A stretch of 64,000 bases of DNA. Source: Candidatus Nomurabacteria bacterium. Its GTDB lineage: Bacteria; Patescibacteriota; Minisyncoccia; Phycocordibacterales; UBA9973. The DNA lies in NCBI GenBank assembly GCA_026396065.1, contig JAPLXO010000004.1, forward strand, positions 18,387 through 82,386, written 5' to 3'. Both the position numbers and the translations under genes were made by a program. Below the pieces are notes generated by a model. The model ran no database searches. It was not told the origin of the DNA and worked only from the letters and a program-made list of their open reading frames with translations. Positions 28,034-37,093 of the stretch are shown here, piece by piece. Numbering within the stretch: position 1 is the first letter of the stretch; each line of letters opens with the position of its first letter.

Positions 28034-28813
28034 TTAATTTAAATCAAGATAAATAGGGCAGTGGTCCGAACCCATATAATCGGAAAGCATTCCTGTATTT
28101 TTAACTTTAGGAATAATTTTTTCATCTATAAAAAAATAATCAATTCTCCAGCCCACATTCCTAGTTCGTGATGCAGTCTTTTGATCCCAATATGTGTACA
28201 CATCTTTTTTATTTGGATTTAAATATCTATATATATCTATAAATTTATTTTTTATTACTTTTGTAATCCATGCACGTTCTATCGGAAGGAAGCCGGTATT
28301 TTCTTCGTTAGCTTTTGGTCGAGCAAGGTCGACGGCTTCATGCGCAGTATTGATGTCTCCACAAAAAATAACATTCTCTCCATTTTTGCGAAGTTTTAAA
28401 ATAAATTTCAAAAATGCATCGTAAAATTCTAATTTGTATTCAAGGCGATGCGGACCAGACCCACCATTTGGATAATATCCACATATAATAGTGTAATCTT
28501 CAAACTTCGCACCGACTATACGACCTTCATCATCAAATTTTTTAATGCCCATACCGTAAAAAATTTCTTTTGGTTTTAATTCACTCTTTATATACATTCC
28601 AACTCCACTATAACCTTTTCTTAATTTTGAATATGAAAAATAACTTTCATAACCTTTTATATTTCGCACATCGACAGGTAACTGATCTGGCTCGACTTTC
28701 GTTTCTTGCAAACACAAAACATCTGGCTTGTATTTTTTAAATAGAGGGGTTAGGTGTCCTTGCTTCGCTGTCGCTCGTAAGCCATTTGTATTCCAAGAAA
28801 TTATCTTTGTCAT
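28034..28813 (-). CDS. xth: Exodeoxyribonuclease III / AP endonuclease.
   Basis: 259 aa. SWNTNGLR, LCLQETK, CGDINTAHE and GSDHCP motifs of the ExoIII/EEP family. Confidence 0.85.
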   Translation of the reverse strand: MTKIISWNTNGLRATAKQGHLTPLFKKYKPDVLCLQETKVEPDQLPVDVRNIKGYESYFSYSKLRKGYSGVGMYIKSELKPKEIFYGMGIKKFDDEGRIVGAKFEDYTIICGYYPNGGSGPHRLEYKLEFYDAFLKFILKLRKNGENVIFCGDINTAHEAVDLARPKANEENTGFLPIERAWITKVIKNKFIDIYRYLNPNKKDVYTYWDQKTASRTRNVGWRIDYFFIDEKIIPKVKNTGMLSDYMGSDHCPIYLDLN

Positions 28814-29257
28814 ATATAGCTATAATAGCATAACCCCACCCCAATGCTAAAGCATTTTCCCCTCCCCATTTTTTGCAGAAAATGGGGAGGGGGCAGGGAG
28901 AGGGGTGAGTTATGCACTTTTGCTCTTGCCTAGTGTAAAAAATAGGAGCACAATTAATGTGTAATCTTTTTCATGCCCAAAGGCTTCCTGCATGTTCCGC
29001 GAAGATATGCGGGGAGCTAATGGCTTAAAAGATTTGTTCTTTTGAACCAATTTTCTTACGAAAGTGAGAAATAAAAATATAAGGGTTAGTAGTTGATTGA
29101 TTGTGATTGTTGGGTCAAAGGCTTGCACAGTTCTCGTGCTGTGCAAGCTAATGATTCTTTTAATCATTACAAATGTTTTAGAGAAATCTAACAACTATCC
29201 GCCCAAACATAAAAATCAGCCCTACTCTTTTGTATGGCTGTTTTTTTGTCTACTTAA

Positions 29258-30205
29258 TTATTTTTTACTATGAAATTTCTTATGGACTTCGAGAAGTTGC
29301 TTGTCAGTCACGTGAGTATAAATTTGAGTAGTAGCGATATTGGAATGCCCTAGCATCATTTGCACACTCCGGATATCTGCACCATTTGAAAGTAAATCAG
29401 TGGCGAAGCAGTGCCTCACCACGTGCGGGGTAACTTTTTTTGAAATACCAGCCATCGTGGCATATTGTTTTACAATTCTTTCTATCGATCGGCGAGTGAG
29501 AGCTTTCGTATCGAAAACATCATCACCATTTTTATTTTTTGTTTTTTGTGTCACTTCTTTGCCGACTTGGATAAACAAAGCTTCACTCATATCTTTTCTT
29601 TTTGCTAAATACGCCTTCACTGCATTTCGTGCATCTTCGGAAATAAAAACCACCCGAACCTTTCCACCTTTTCCACGAATAGAATATTCATCTACACTCA
29701 AATCCAAATCACTAGTGAGAGAGCAAAGTTCTGACACACGAAGACCCGTAGAAAAAAGTAATTCGAGAATTGCTTTATCACGGAGAGATTTCAAATCATT
29801 ATCTTTCGGCGCATTTAATAATCTAGTAAGTTCAGCGGGGGAAATGAGGTCGAGGGATCGCTCTTGAACTTTGGCGAGCTCTATCTTGTCAGCATGGAGG
29901 GATGTGATATCTCTCTTTGCTAAGAATTTTAAAAATACACGAAGTGCTATCAAATAATAATTCTGAGTTTTTTTAGATAAAGTTTTTCCTGTCGCTCTAT
30001 TATTACCAGTAGACTGTCTATTCAGCCAGAGACGAAATTCACGAACAACTTGGTCGGTAATTTCTTTCGCATTTTGTATCTTTGTATATTCAAAAAACCG
30101 AGTGAGGTAGTGCCCATAATTTTCGACAGTTTTAATACTGGAACCTTTTTCAATTTCCAAATATTCTAAAAATTGTCTTTTTAAGTTTTCTATCTCGGAT
30201 GCCAT
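29258..30205 (-). CDS. xerC: Tyrosine site-specific recombinase, XerC/XerD family.
   Basis: 315 aa. N-terminal SAM-like domain. C-terminal catalytic R...HxxR...Y with VRHCFATDLL and LGHSNIATTQIYTHV. Confidence 0.8.
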   Translation of the reverse strand: MASEIENLKRQFLEYLEIEKGSSIKTVENYGHYLTRFFEYTKIQNAKEITDQVVREFRLWLNRQSTGNNRATGKTLSKKTQNYYLIALRVFLKFLAKRDITSLHADKIELAKVQERSLDLISPAELTRLLNAPKDNDLKSLRDKAILELLFSTGLRVSELCSLTSDLDLSVDEYSIRGKGGKVRVVFISEDARNAVKAYLAKRKDMSEALFIQVGKEVTQKTKNKNGDDVFDTKALTRRSIERIVKQYATMAGISKKVTPHVVRHCFATDLLSNGADIRSVQMMLGHSNIATTQIYTHVTDKQLLEVHKKFHSKK

Positions 30206-30329
30206 ATATATAGTATATCAAAATTAACCAAAATATTGTGCGACATAGATAGGTTGACTTACTCTATATATAGATGTAAATTACAAATACAATTCTTTAA
30301 CAAATATAAACCCCTTAAACTAATTAATT

Positions 30330-31049
30330 ATGAAAAGTTTAATAACCTTTTACCGATTCTCATTAGTAATGGGTGTCGTTTTATTTATTGCTTTACCAAT
30401 CACAATTCAGCATATGTTGGTAGACAATGGCCGAATGCTCGGCAAAGAATTTGCATTCATTTGCAAAAAACTTCTGTGGGCATTTGGTGGTGAGTTAACT
30501 ATTGATGGAAAATTTCCTAAAAATAGTGAGAAAATGGTTGTGATGATAAATCACACATCAAGACTCGATATTATTTTAACGACAATTTACTTCAACGGTG
30601 AACTTGGAATACCTGTAGTCGCCAAAAAATTATTTTGGATACCAATCCTTCGGTTTTGGTTAAAAAGAAACAATGCTATTGGTGTAAACAGAAAAGACCC
30701 ACGTGATTGGGTTAGAGTTTACAAAGAAATGGAAAAAGTTTTGCAAGAAGGGAAATATCATCTTTTCATTTGTCCTGAAGGGGAAAGAAGCCTTACAAGA
30801 GAAATGCTTCCTTTTAAATTGGCGATATTTAAGTTAGTAGCCAAACACAACAAGACTATTCTTCCAGTTTCTGTAATCGGTGCTTTTGAAGTAAGTAGCA
30901 AAAAAGACCTGTTCATTGTACCTGGACCAATTTTTATGGTAAACAAAGAAATCATAAAAGTAAAAGATAGGACAAAAGAAGAATTAGCAAAAGTAACAAA
31001 GGAGGAGATTCAATATCAAATTGATCTCTGTAGAAGGAATTATTTTTGA
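30330..31049 (+). CDS. plsC: 1-acyl-sn-glycerol-3-phosphate acyltransferase (lysophospholipid acyltransferase family).
   Basis: 239 aa. N-terminal TM, NHTSRLD (HX4D motif) and CPEGER motif. Confidence 0.7.
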   Translation: MKSLITFYRFSLVMGVVLFIALPITIQHMLVDNGRMLGKEFAFICKKLLWAFGGELTIDGKFPKNSEKMVVMINHTSRLDIILTTIYFNGELGIPVVAKKLFWIPILRFWLKRNNAIGVNRKDPRDWVRVYKEMEKVLQEGKYHLFICPEGERSLTREMLPFKLAIFKLVAKHNKTILPVSVIGAFEVSSKKDLFIVPGPIFMVNKEIIKVKDRTKEELAKVTKEEIQYQIDLCRRNYF

Positions 31050-31131
31050 AAACTACCCCGCCAAAAACGGGGTATTTTCTTTTTTATAGATAAAAACCTC
31101 AAACTTGCAAAAGTTCAGAGCTTATGCTAGT

Positions 31132-31404
31132 ATGAAAAACATGTTAGCAACAAAGAAAAAACAAACAGTTATCAAAAAGCACCAAAAACACGATAAAGAT
31201 ACGGGTTCTTCCCAAGTCCAAATCGCTATTTTATCTACACAAATAGACGAATTAGCAAAGCACCTGAAGAAGCACAAAAAAGACAATCATTCTCGCCGTG
31301 GACTTATCAAGATGGTTGCCGATCGCCGAACACACCTGAAATACCTACAACGAAAAGACAAGGCTGCGTACGACTCAATAATGAAAAAAATGGAATTAGC
31401 TTAA
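31132..31404 (+). CDS. rpsO: 30S ribosomal protein S15.
   Basis: TGSSQVQIAILSTQIDELAKHLKKHKKDNHSRRGL matches the S15 signature. The ATG at 31132 gives 91 aa; the track ORF starts at an upstream TTG at 31105. Confidence 0.85.
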   Translation: MKNMLATKKKQTVIKKHQKHDKDTGSSQVQIAILSTQIDELAKHLKKHKKDNHSRRGLIKMVADRRTHLKYLQRKDKAAYDSIMKKMELA

Positions 31405-31469
31405 ACTTCAAAATCCCCATTAGGGGATTTTGTTTTTTACGGCAAGAAAATAGTATATAATTAAAACAT

Positions 31470-31985
31470 ATGGCAATAATAAAACACAAAGAACAACGCG
31501 TCGCAGTATTTATCGATACACAAAATGTCTATCATAGTGCCCGCAACCTCTATCACGCTCGCGTGAACTTCGGAAATATTTTGAAAGACGTAGTAGCAGG
31601 ACGCAAACTCGTGCGTGCGGTAGCATACGTCATCACGACCGAAGCAGGGGATGAAAATAAATTTTTCGAAGCATTAAATAAAATCGGAATTGAAACTAAA
31701 ACAAAAGATTTACAAATCTTTGCTGGTGGTGCAAAAAAAGCAGATTGGGATGTCGGCCTCGCCATGGATGTGATCAAAATGGCGCCAAAGCTCGATGCAG
31801 TCGTCATTGTTTCTGGTGATGGGGATTTTATTCCACTCGTAGAATATTTACAAACTATCGGTGTGCAAGTCGAAGTCGCTTCATTCGGAAAATCAACTTC
31901 AGGAAAATTAAAAGAAGTCGTTGACGAATTCGTCGACCTATCTGTTAATCCTAGAAAGTATTTGATTGGGGGTGGAGGGAAATAG
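31470..31985 (+). CDS. NYN domain (LabA-like, PIN-like) protein.
   Basis: 171 aa. VAVFIDTQNVYHSA...VIVSGDGDFIPLVEYLQ, typical of DUF88/NYN. Confidence 0.7.
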   Translation: MAIIKHKEQRVAVFIDTQNVYHSARNLYHARVNFGNILKDVVAGRKLVRAVAYVITTEAGDENKFFEALNKIGIETKTKDLQIFAGGAKKADWDVGLAMDVIKMAPKLDAVVIVSGDGDFIPLVEYLQTIGVQVEVASFGKSTSGKLKEVVDEFVDLSVNPRKYLIGGGGK

Positions 31986-31992
31986 AATTTAA

Positions 31993-32113
31993 ATACAACC
32001 CCCTAGCCCCCTTATCAGGGGGAACAAAATACAGAATACAATTTTTTAATACAACCCTAAATCCCTTATCAGGGACTTTAATACAAATACAACCCCAACC
32101 CCTTGTCAGGGGC
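31993..32113. repeat. Three tandem copies of a G/C palindromic mini-repeat (atacaacccc...cccYttRtcaRggg), immediately upstream of the DUF559 gene.
   Basis: Units at 31993-32025, 32049-32076 and 32087-32113. Each begins atacaaccc and carries a hairpin (cccccttatcaggggg, cccttatcaggg, ccccttgtcagggg). Confidence 0.7.
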
Positions 32114-32124
32114 TAAACTCAAAA

Positions 32125-32496
32125 ATGCAAAAGTATAAATTTCTTCCGTATAACAAGGAATTAATATTGAGAGCAAAAGAACTTCGTAAAAAACAAACAG
32201 AAGCTGAAATAAAATTCTGGAATAAAATTTTAAAAAGTGAAAAATTAAAGAATTTTAAATTTACAACACAGAAACCAATTGATAACTTTATTGTAGATTT
32301 TTATTGTTCAAGTCTAAAACTCATTATAGAAATAGATGGAGATATTCATAAGTTTCAAAAAGCTCGAGACAAGGAACGCGATAATATTTTAAAACAAAAA
32401 TTTGGATTGAAAATTTTAAGATATACGAATGATGAGATTTTGAATAATTCTGAATTTGTTTTGGAAGATTTGGTGAAGAGGATAAATACAAATTAA
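32125..32496 (+). CDS. DUF559 (PF04480, Vsr/restriction-endonuclease-like fold) protein.
   Basis: 123 aa. LRKKQTEAEIKFWNKIL...FKFTTQKPIDNFIVDFYCSSLKLIIEIDGDIH...RDKERDNILKQKFGLKILRYTNDEI matches the DUF559 signature. Confidence 0.75.
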   Translation: MQKYKFLPYNKELILRAKELRKKQTEAEIKFWNKILKSEKLKNFKFTTQKPIDNFIVDFYCSSLKLIIEIDGDIHKFQKARDKERDNILKQKFGLKILRYTNDEILNNSEFVLEDLVKRINTN

Positions 32497-32497
32497 G

Positions 32498-32628
32498 ATA
32501 CAACCCATCCCTAACCCTTCCCTTATCAAGGAAGGGAAACCTTCGTTCAATTAAGTAAATAAATTACTAAACTTTATTAGCAAGAAAAGTCCCCTGATAA
32601 GGGGATTTAGGGGTTGTGTTTTGTATTC
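32498..32628. repeat. Two more copies of the same palindromic mini-repeat family, mutually inverted, immediately downstream of DUF559.
   Basis: 32498-32542 (atacaacccatccctaacccttcccttatcaaggaagggaaacc) and 32589-32628 (the reverse complement of acaacccctaaatccccttatcagggg). Confidence 0.65.
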
Positions 32629-32784
32629 CTATTTGACAAAACTTCTTTAAATAAGTTATTATATAAATAATCTAGTTATTTGAAAAATTTGTTAAATTAT
32701 AGTTATTGGGTTTTCTTTGCTTATTTTATAGTAAGTTAAGATGACCTAATAAAAATAATTACTAACAACTAAATAAAAAATAAA

Positions 32785-33348
32785 ATGACAATACTAAACG
32801 GCCCTACAGATTTTGAAAATATTTCAAAAAAAGATTTGTTAAAAAGAATTCAAAACAGAAAAGATCCAATAAATTTTGAAAAGGTAGATTTTAAAAGAGA
32901 CAAAAAGACTAATAGGCAAATACTTCAATTATTTCATCAATTTATTAACTCTCCTGGCTTGCATGAAATTTTACTTTGGTATAAAAGTCAAAGTGCTTTA
33001 CTTGCTATATATAAAGATATCAACAAAGGTGTATTAAAATTTTATGGATGCAACAGACACATAGAACACCACGACAGTAATATAGAATATATTATTAAAT
33101 GGTTTTTACACAGAATACTTTACGACAATGGTAAGAATAAAGAATTAGTTGATAGATATACATTGGCACTTTGTGCTATTGGTCCCATACCTCTTATTAG
33201 CAGAGAAGAGAGAGGAAATATTTACCAGGGACACGAAATTAACTATTATTGTAATGTAGCGACTTTTAAAGTTTCTATTTCCAATGAACAAATATTTTTA
33301 GCAAGAAATATTTTAAGGTTGATTAACAACAAAGAACTTTTAAACTAA
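32785..33348 (+). CDS. Hypothetical protein (187 aa).
   Basis: ORF with a terminator hairpin at ~33360-33400. No family recognised. Confidence 0.45.
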   Translation: MTILNGPTDFENISKKDLLKRIQNRKDPINFEKVDFKRDKKTNRQILQLFHQFINSPGLHEILLWYKSQSALLAIYKDINKGVLKFYGCNRHIEHHDSNIEYIIKWFLHRILYDNGKNKELVDRYTLALCAIGPIPLISREERGNIYQGHEINYYCNVATFKVSISNEQIFLARNILRLINNKELLN

Positions 33349-33612
33349 ATGCTATTTTATTTTAAAAACCTCGCTTCATTTATAATGAGACGAGGTTTTT
33401 ACTTTTTAACCCCAAAATGCTAGTATAATCAATATATTTAACAGTTAATCAGTTTGTCTTCAAACACACAGTAATGTTCACCAAAAGTCGATTAACGCCA
33501 TTCGACTACACTCATGGTAAAGAACAATACTTTAGTTTGGAGATAAACTAAACTTTTTCTTTCCCTCTCTAAATCTTTGATTTGGGGAGGGTCAGGGAGG
33601 GGTAAATAAAAT

Positions 33613-35733
33613 ATGCAAAAAAAAGAGTACGAAGTAGAAATCGGTGGAAAAATTATGACCGCTATTTTTTCAGATCTAGCTGACCAAGCACACGGTAGTG
33701 TGATGTTGAAATACGGCGAGACTATAGTATTAGCGACAGCTTGTATGAGCAAAGACAAGCAAGCAGGTTTAGGATTTTTTAATCTCACAGTTGATTACGC
33801 AGAAAAATTTTATGCGACAGGAAAAATCCTCGGATCACAATATGTTCGTCGTGAAGGTAAACCATCAAATGAAGCGATCCTCGCATCTCGTGTTATCGAC
33901 AGAACTATCCGTCCACTCTTCGATCAAAATCTTCGTCATGCAGTGCAAGTGATTGTCACTGTTATTGCTTGTGATGACAATGATCCAGCGATGCTAGCTG
34001 TGAATGCTGCATCACTCGCACTCGTCGTTTCAAATATTCCATGGAAGGGACCGATTGGTTGTGTGAGAATTGGAAAGTATGATGACGATAATTTAGTAGT
34101 GAATGCTTCAACTACAAAAAGACAAGAAGAGTATCCTTACAAATTTGACCTAACAGTTTGTGGAAGAGAGGGAACAATAAATATGATCGAGGCTGCAGCT
34201 CGCCAAGCAAGAGAAGAAGAGCTGACACTCGCATTAGAAACAGCAAGTAAAGAAGTTACAAAATTAGAAGATTTCCAAAAGAAGATCCAAGCTGAAATCG
34301 GAAAAACAAAAAGAGAAATAATTCACGACAAAATTAGTGAAGAGTCTGTCACATTATTCAAAGAAAATATTTTACCAAAAATGGAAGCTGCTATTTTCGC
34401 AGGGGCAGGGAAAGCAAAGATTGATGAATTGCATTCTATCTGGAACGAACTAGTAAAAGAAAAATACGCCGGCAGTGATAGAAAAGATTTTCAACTCGAG
34501 GATGATATTTTTGATGAGACAGAAAATGATATGCTTCACGAAAAAGCAATCAAAGAAAATCGCCGTGCCGATGGTCGCGCAATGGATGAAGTGCGTGAGC
34601 TCTATGCACAAGCCGGAGGACTTTCAAAAATTTTACACGGCTCAGGAATATTTTATCGTGGAGGTACACATGTGCTTTCTGCACTCACACTCGGTGGCCC
34701 AGATGACAAGCAAGAAGTGAATGGAATGGATTTGCAAGCATCACGCCGATTTATGCATCACTACAATTTTCCTCCTTTCTCTGCCGGAGAACCTGGAAGA
34801 AGTGGTTTCACAAATCGTCGCGAAGTAGGACACGGAGCACTAGCAGAAAAAGCATTGATGATGGTCTTACCAGAAAAAGAAATTTTCCCTTACACTATTC
34901 GTATTGTTTCTGAATCGACTGCATCAAACGGTTCTACTTCTCAAGCAAGTATTTGTGCGTCGACTCTCGCACTCATGGATGCTGGTGTACCAATAAAAAA
35001 TCCAGTCGCTGGAATCGCGATGGGACTGATGTATGAAAATGACAATGCTTACAAAATTTTGACAGATATCCAAGGTCCAGAAGATCACCACGGTGATATG
35101 GATTTCAAAGTCGCAGGAACACGCGAAGGAATCACAGCGATACAGCTCGATGTGAAAGTCGATGGTGTCTCAATAAAAATTCTTTCTGAAGCAATGGCGC
35201 AAAGTAAAAAAGCTCGGCTCACAATTCTCGATACTATTGAAAAAGAAATTGCGAAACCTCGTGATCATATTTCTCCAAATGCTCCGGAAATTTTGATAAT
35301 TAAAATTAGACCTGACCAAATCGGTGGAGTCATCGGTTCTGGTGGAAAAATAATTAAAGATATTAAAGAGAGAAGTGGCGCTGAGGTAACTATTGAAGAT
35401 GATGGAACCGTATATTTCACTGGTCGTGATGGCTCTGCAGGAAAAGCTAAAAAGATTGTCGAGGAAATGACACACGAATTTAAAGTAGGAGAAATCTTAC
35501 AAGGTGAAGTAGTAAAAATTGCAGACTTCGGTGCATTCGTAAGATTAAATGATTTCACAGACGGAATGGTTCACATTTCTGAAATTGCACCTTTCCGTGT
35601 AGAACGTGTAGCTGATATAATAAAAGAAGGTATGATCGTGCCAGTAAAAGTAATCGGCATCGATCCTGTCCGTGGAAAAACTTCTCTATCTATAAAAGAA
35701 GCTGATCCTACATTCTTTAAACCAAAAGTTTAA
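33613..35733 (+). CDS. pnp: Polyribonucleotide nucleotidyltransferase (PNPase).
   Basis: 706 aa. Two RNase PH domains, KH (IGGVIGSGGKIIKDI) and S1 (GEVVKIADFGAFVRL) domains, and HHGDMDFKVAGT. Confidence 0.9.
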   Translation: MQKKEYEVEIGGKIMTAIFSDLADQAHGSVMLKYGETIVLATACMSKDKQAGLGFFNLTVDYAEKFYATGKILGSQYVRREGKPSNEAILASRVIDRTIRPLFDQNLRHAVQVIVTVIACDDNDPAMLAVNAASLALVVSNIPWKGPIGCVRIGKYDDDNLVVNASTTKRQEEYPYKFDLTVCGREGTINMIEAAARQAREEELTLALETASKEVTKLEDFQKKIQAEIGKTKREIIHDKISEESVTLFKENILPKMEAAIFAGAGKAKIDELHSIWNELVKEKYAGSDRKDFQLEDDIFDETENDMLHEKAIKENRRADGRAMDEVRELYAQAGGLSKILHGSGIFYRGGTHVLSALTLGGPDDKQEVNGMDLQASRRFMHHYNFPPFSAGEPGRSGFTNRREVGHGALAEKALMMVLPEKEIFPYTIRIVSESTASNGSTSQASICASTLALMDAGVPIKNPVAGIAMGLMYENDNAYKILTDIQGPEDHHGDMDFKVAGTREGITAIQLDVKVDGVSIKILSEAMAQSKKARLTILDTIEKEIAKPRDHISPNAPEILIIKIRPDQIGGVIGSGGKIIKDIKERSGAEVTIEDDGTVYFTGRDGSAGKAKKIVEEMTHEFKVGEILQGEVVKIADFGAFVRLNDFTDGMVHISEIAPFRVERVADIIKEGMIVPVKVIGIDPVRGKTSLSIKEADPTFFKPKV

Positions 35734-35737
35734 CAAC

Positions 35738-36628
35738 ATGGAAAACGAAAAAGAAATTCCAAAATCAAGTCCATCTACAGAAATAGAAGCTCCTCAAAAA
35801 AGTGGAGTTACTAGAACATATGCGGAAGATTTAGCATATGCTATGGACCATGTAGAAGGTGATTTAATTAAAAAAATAATTAAAGAACAAGAACAAATAG
35901 GTGAAGAGCAAGAAAATCTTTCCCCTCAATCTAAAAAAAATAAAGTTCTAATGATAGTAAGCGGTGTTTTAATTCTATCTGCTGTAGTTTTATTTTTTCT
36001 ATTAGCAAATTTTGGTGCTAAGATTTTTACTATCACACTAAAAACACAATCTACACCATTAATTTTTGCTGATAAAAGCCAATTTCTACCAGTAGACGGA
36101 CTTTCAAAAGATGAAATCATTCAAAAAATAAAAAGTGGAGTATCAAACACAATTGTAAAAAATGGTGGTATTGAAGCAATATACTTAACAGAAGGACAAC
36201 AAATAGTAGGACTAAAAAGGTTTATAAAACTTATCAAGGCAAACGTTCCACTTGAAATGAGCGACTATACTACAGAAAATTTTATGATTGGAGCTTTCAA
36301 TGGTAATACAAAAGATTTATTTATTTTAATAAAAGTAAATTCATTTACAGATGTTTTCCCTGGAATAAAAGCTTGGGAAAATAAAATGTTTAGTGATATT
36401 GGTGACCTTTTTGGAACTCCTACAAATATTGATACAAATTATTTACTAACAAAAGATTTTGAGGATGAAGTCGTAGGAAACAAAAATGCCAGAGTCTTAA
36501 ATACAAATGATGGTAAACCAGTATTAAAATATGTTTTTGCAAACGACACATCTGTAATAGTGATCGCAAATGATGAAGCCGTGAATGAAATCATGCTGCG
36601 ACTCTCTGCAGGACAAATTAGAAAATAA
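35738..36628 (+). CDS. Single-pass membrane hypothetical protein (296 aa).
   Basis: TM MIVSGVLILSAVVLFFLLANF. 4 bp downstream of the pnp stop. Confidence 0.45.
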   Translation: MENEKEIPKSSPSTEIEAPQKSGVTRTYAEDLAYAMDHVEGDLIKKIIKEQEQIGEEQENLSPQSKKNKVLMIVSGVLILSAVVLFFLLANFGAKIFTITLKTQSTPLIFADKSQFLPVDGLSKDEIIQKIKSGVSNTIVKNGGIEAIYLTEGQQIVGLKRFIKLIKANVPLEMSDYTTENFMIGAFNGNTKDLFILIKVNSFTDVFPGIKAWENKMFSDIGDLFGTPTNIDTNYLLTKDFEDEVVGNKNARVLNTNDGKPVLKYVFANDTSVIVIANDEAVNEIMLRLSAGQIRK

Positions 36629-36663
36629 TTTGCGAAAAAAAACTGAAATGCTATCATGTTGAT

Positions 36664-37023
36664 ATGCCATTAAATAAACAAAAAATTAAAGAGAAGCTAG
36701 AAAAAGAAAGGGATTTACTCGTTGAAGAAATGAAGGATATGGGCAAATTAAACCCAGAGACAGGTGAGTGGGAAGCACAGCCAGAAGCACAAGATTTTCC
36801 AGAATCCGACCAAAATGACCAAGCTGATAGATTTGAAGATTTTGAAAGTAGAAGCTCTATGATTAAAGATTTATCAAACAGACTAAACAATATCTTATTT
36901 GCACTTAAAAATATAAACAAAGCATCATTCGGAAGGTGCGAAGTTTGTGGAAAAGATATCGAACTAGCCCGAATGGAAGCAAACCCAGCAGCAAAGACTT
37001 GTAAGAAGCATTTAGAAAGTTAA
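36664..37023 (+). CDS. DksA/TraR family C4-type zinc-finger protein.
   Basis: 119 aa. Coiled-coil N-terminus and C-terminal GRCEVCGKDIELARMEANPAAKTCKKH (CxxC-17-CxxC). Confidence 0.7.
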   Translation: MPLNKQKIKEKLEKERDLLVEEMKDMGKLNPETGEWEAQPEAQDFPESDQNDQADRFEDFESRSSMIKDLSNRLNNILFALKNINKASFGRCEVCGKDIELARMEANPAAKTCKKHLES

Positions 37024-37093
37024 GAAATAAAAATACCCATAACTGGGTATTTTTATTTTACTTTAAATAACATATTGCTATAATTTAAATTAT

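Noticed and set aside
28910-29194. Minus-strand 94-aa ORF in the xth-xerC intergenic region.
   Set aside because: It spans GC-rich hairpins and inverted repeats and has no start context or recognisable protein features. It is treated as non-coding.
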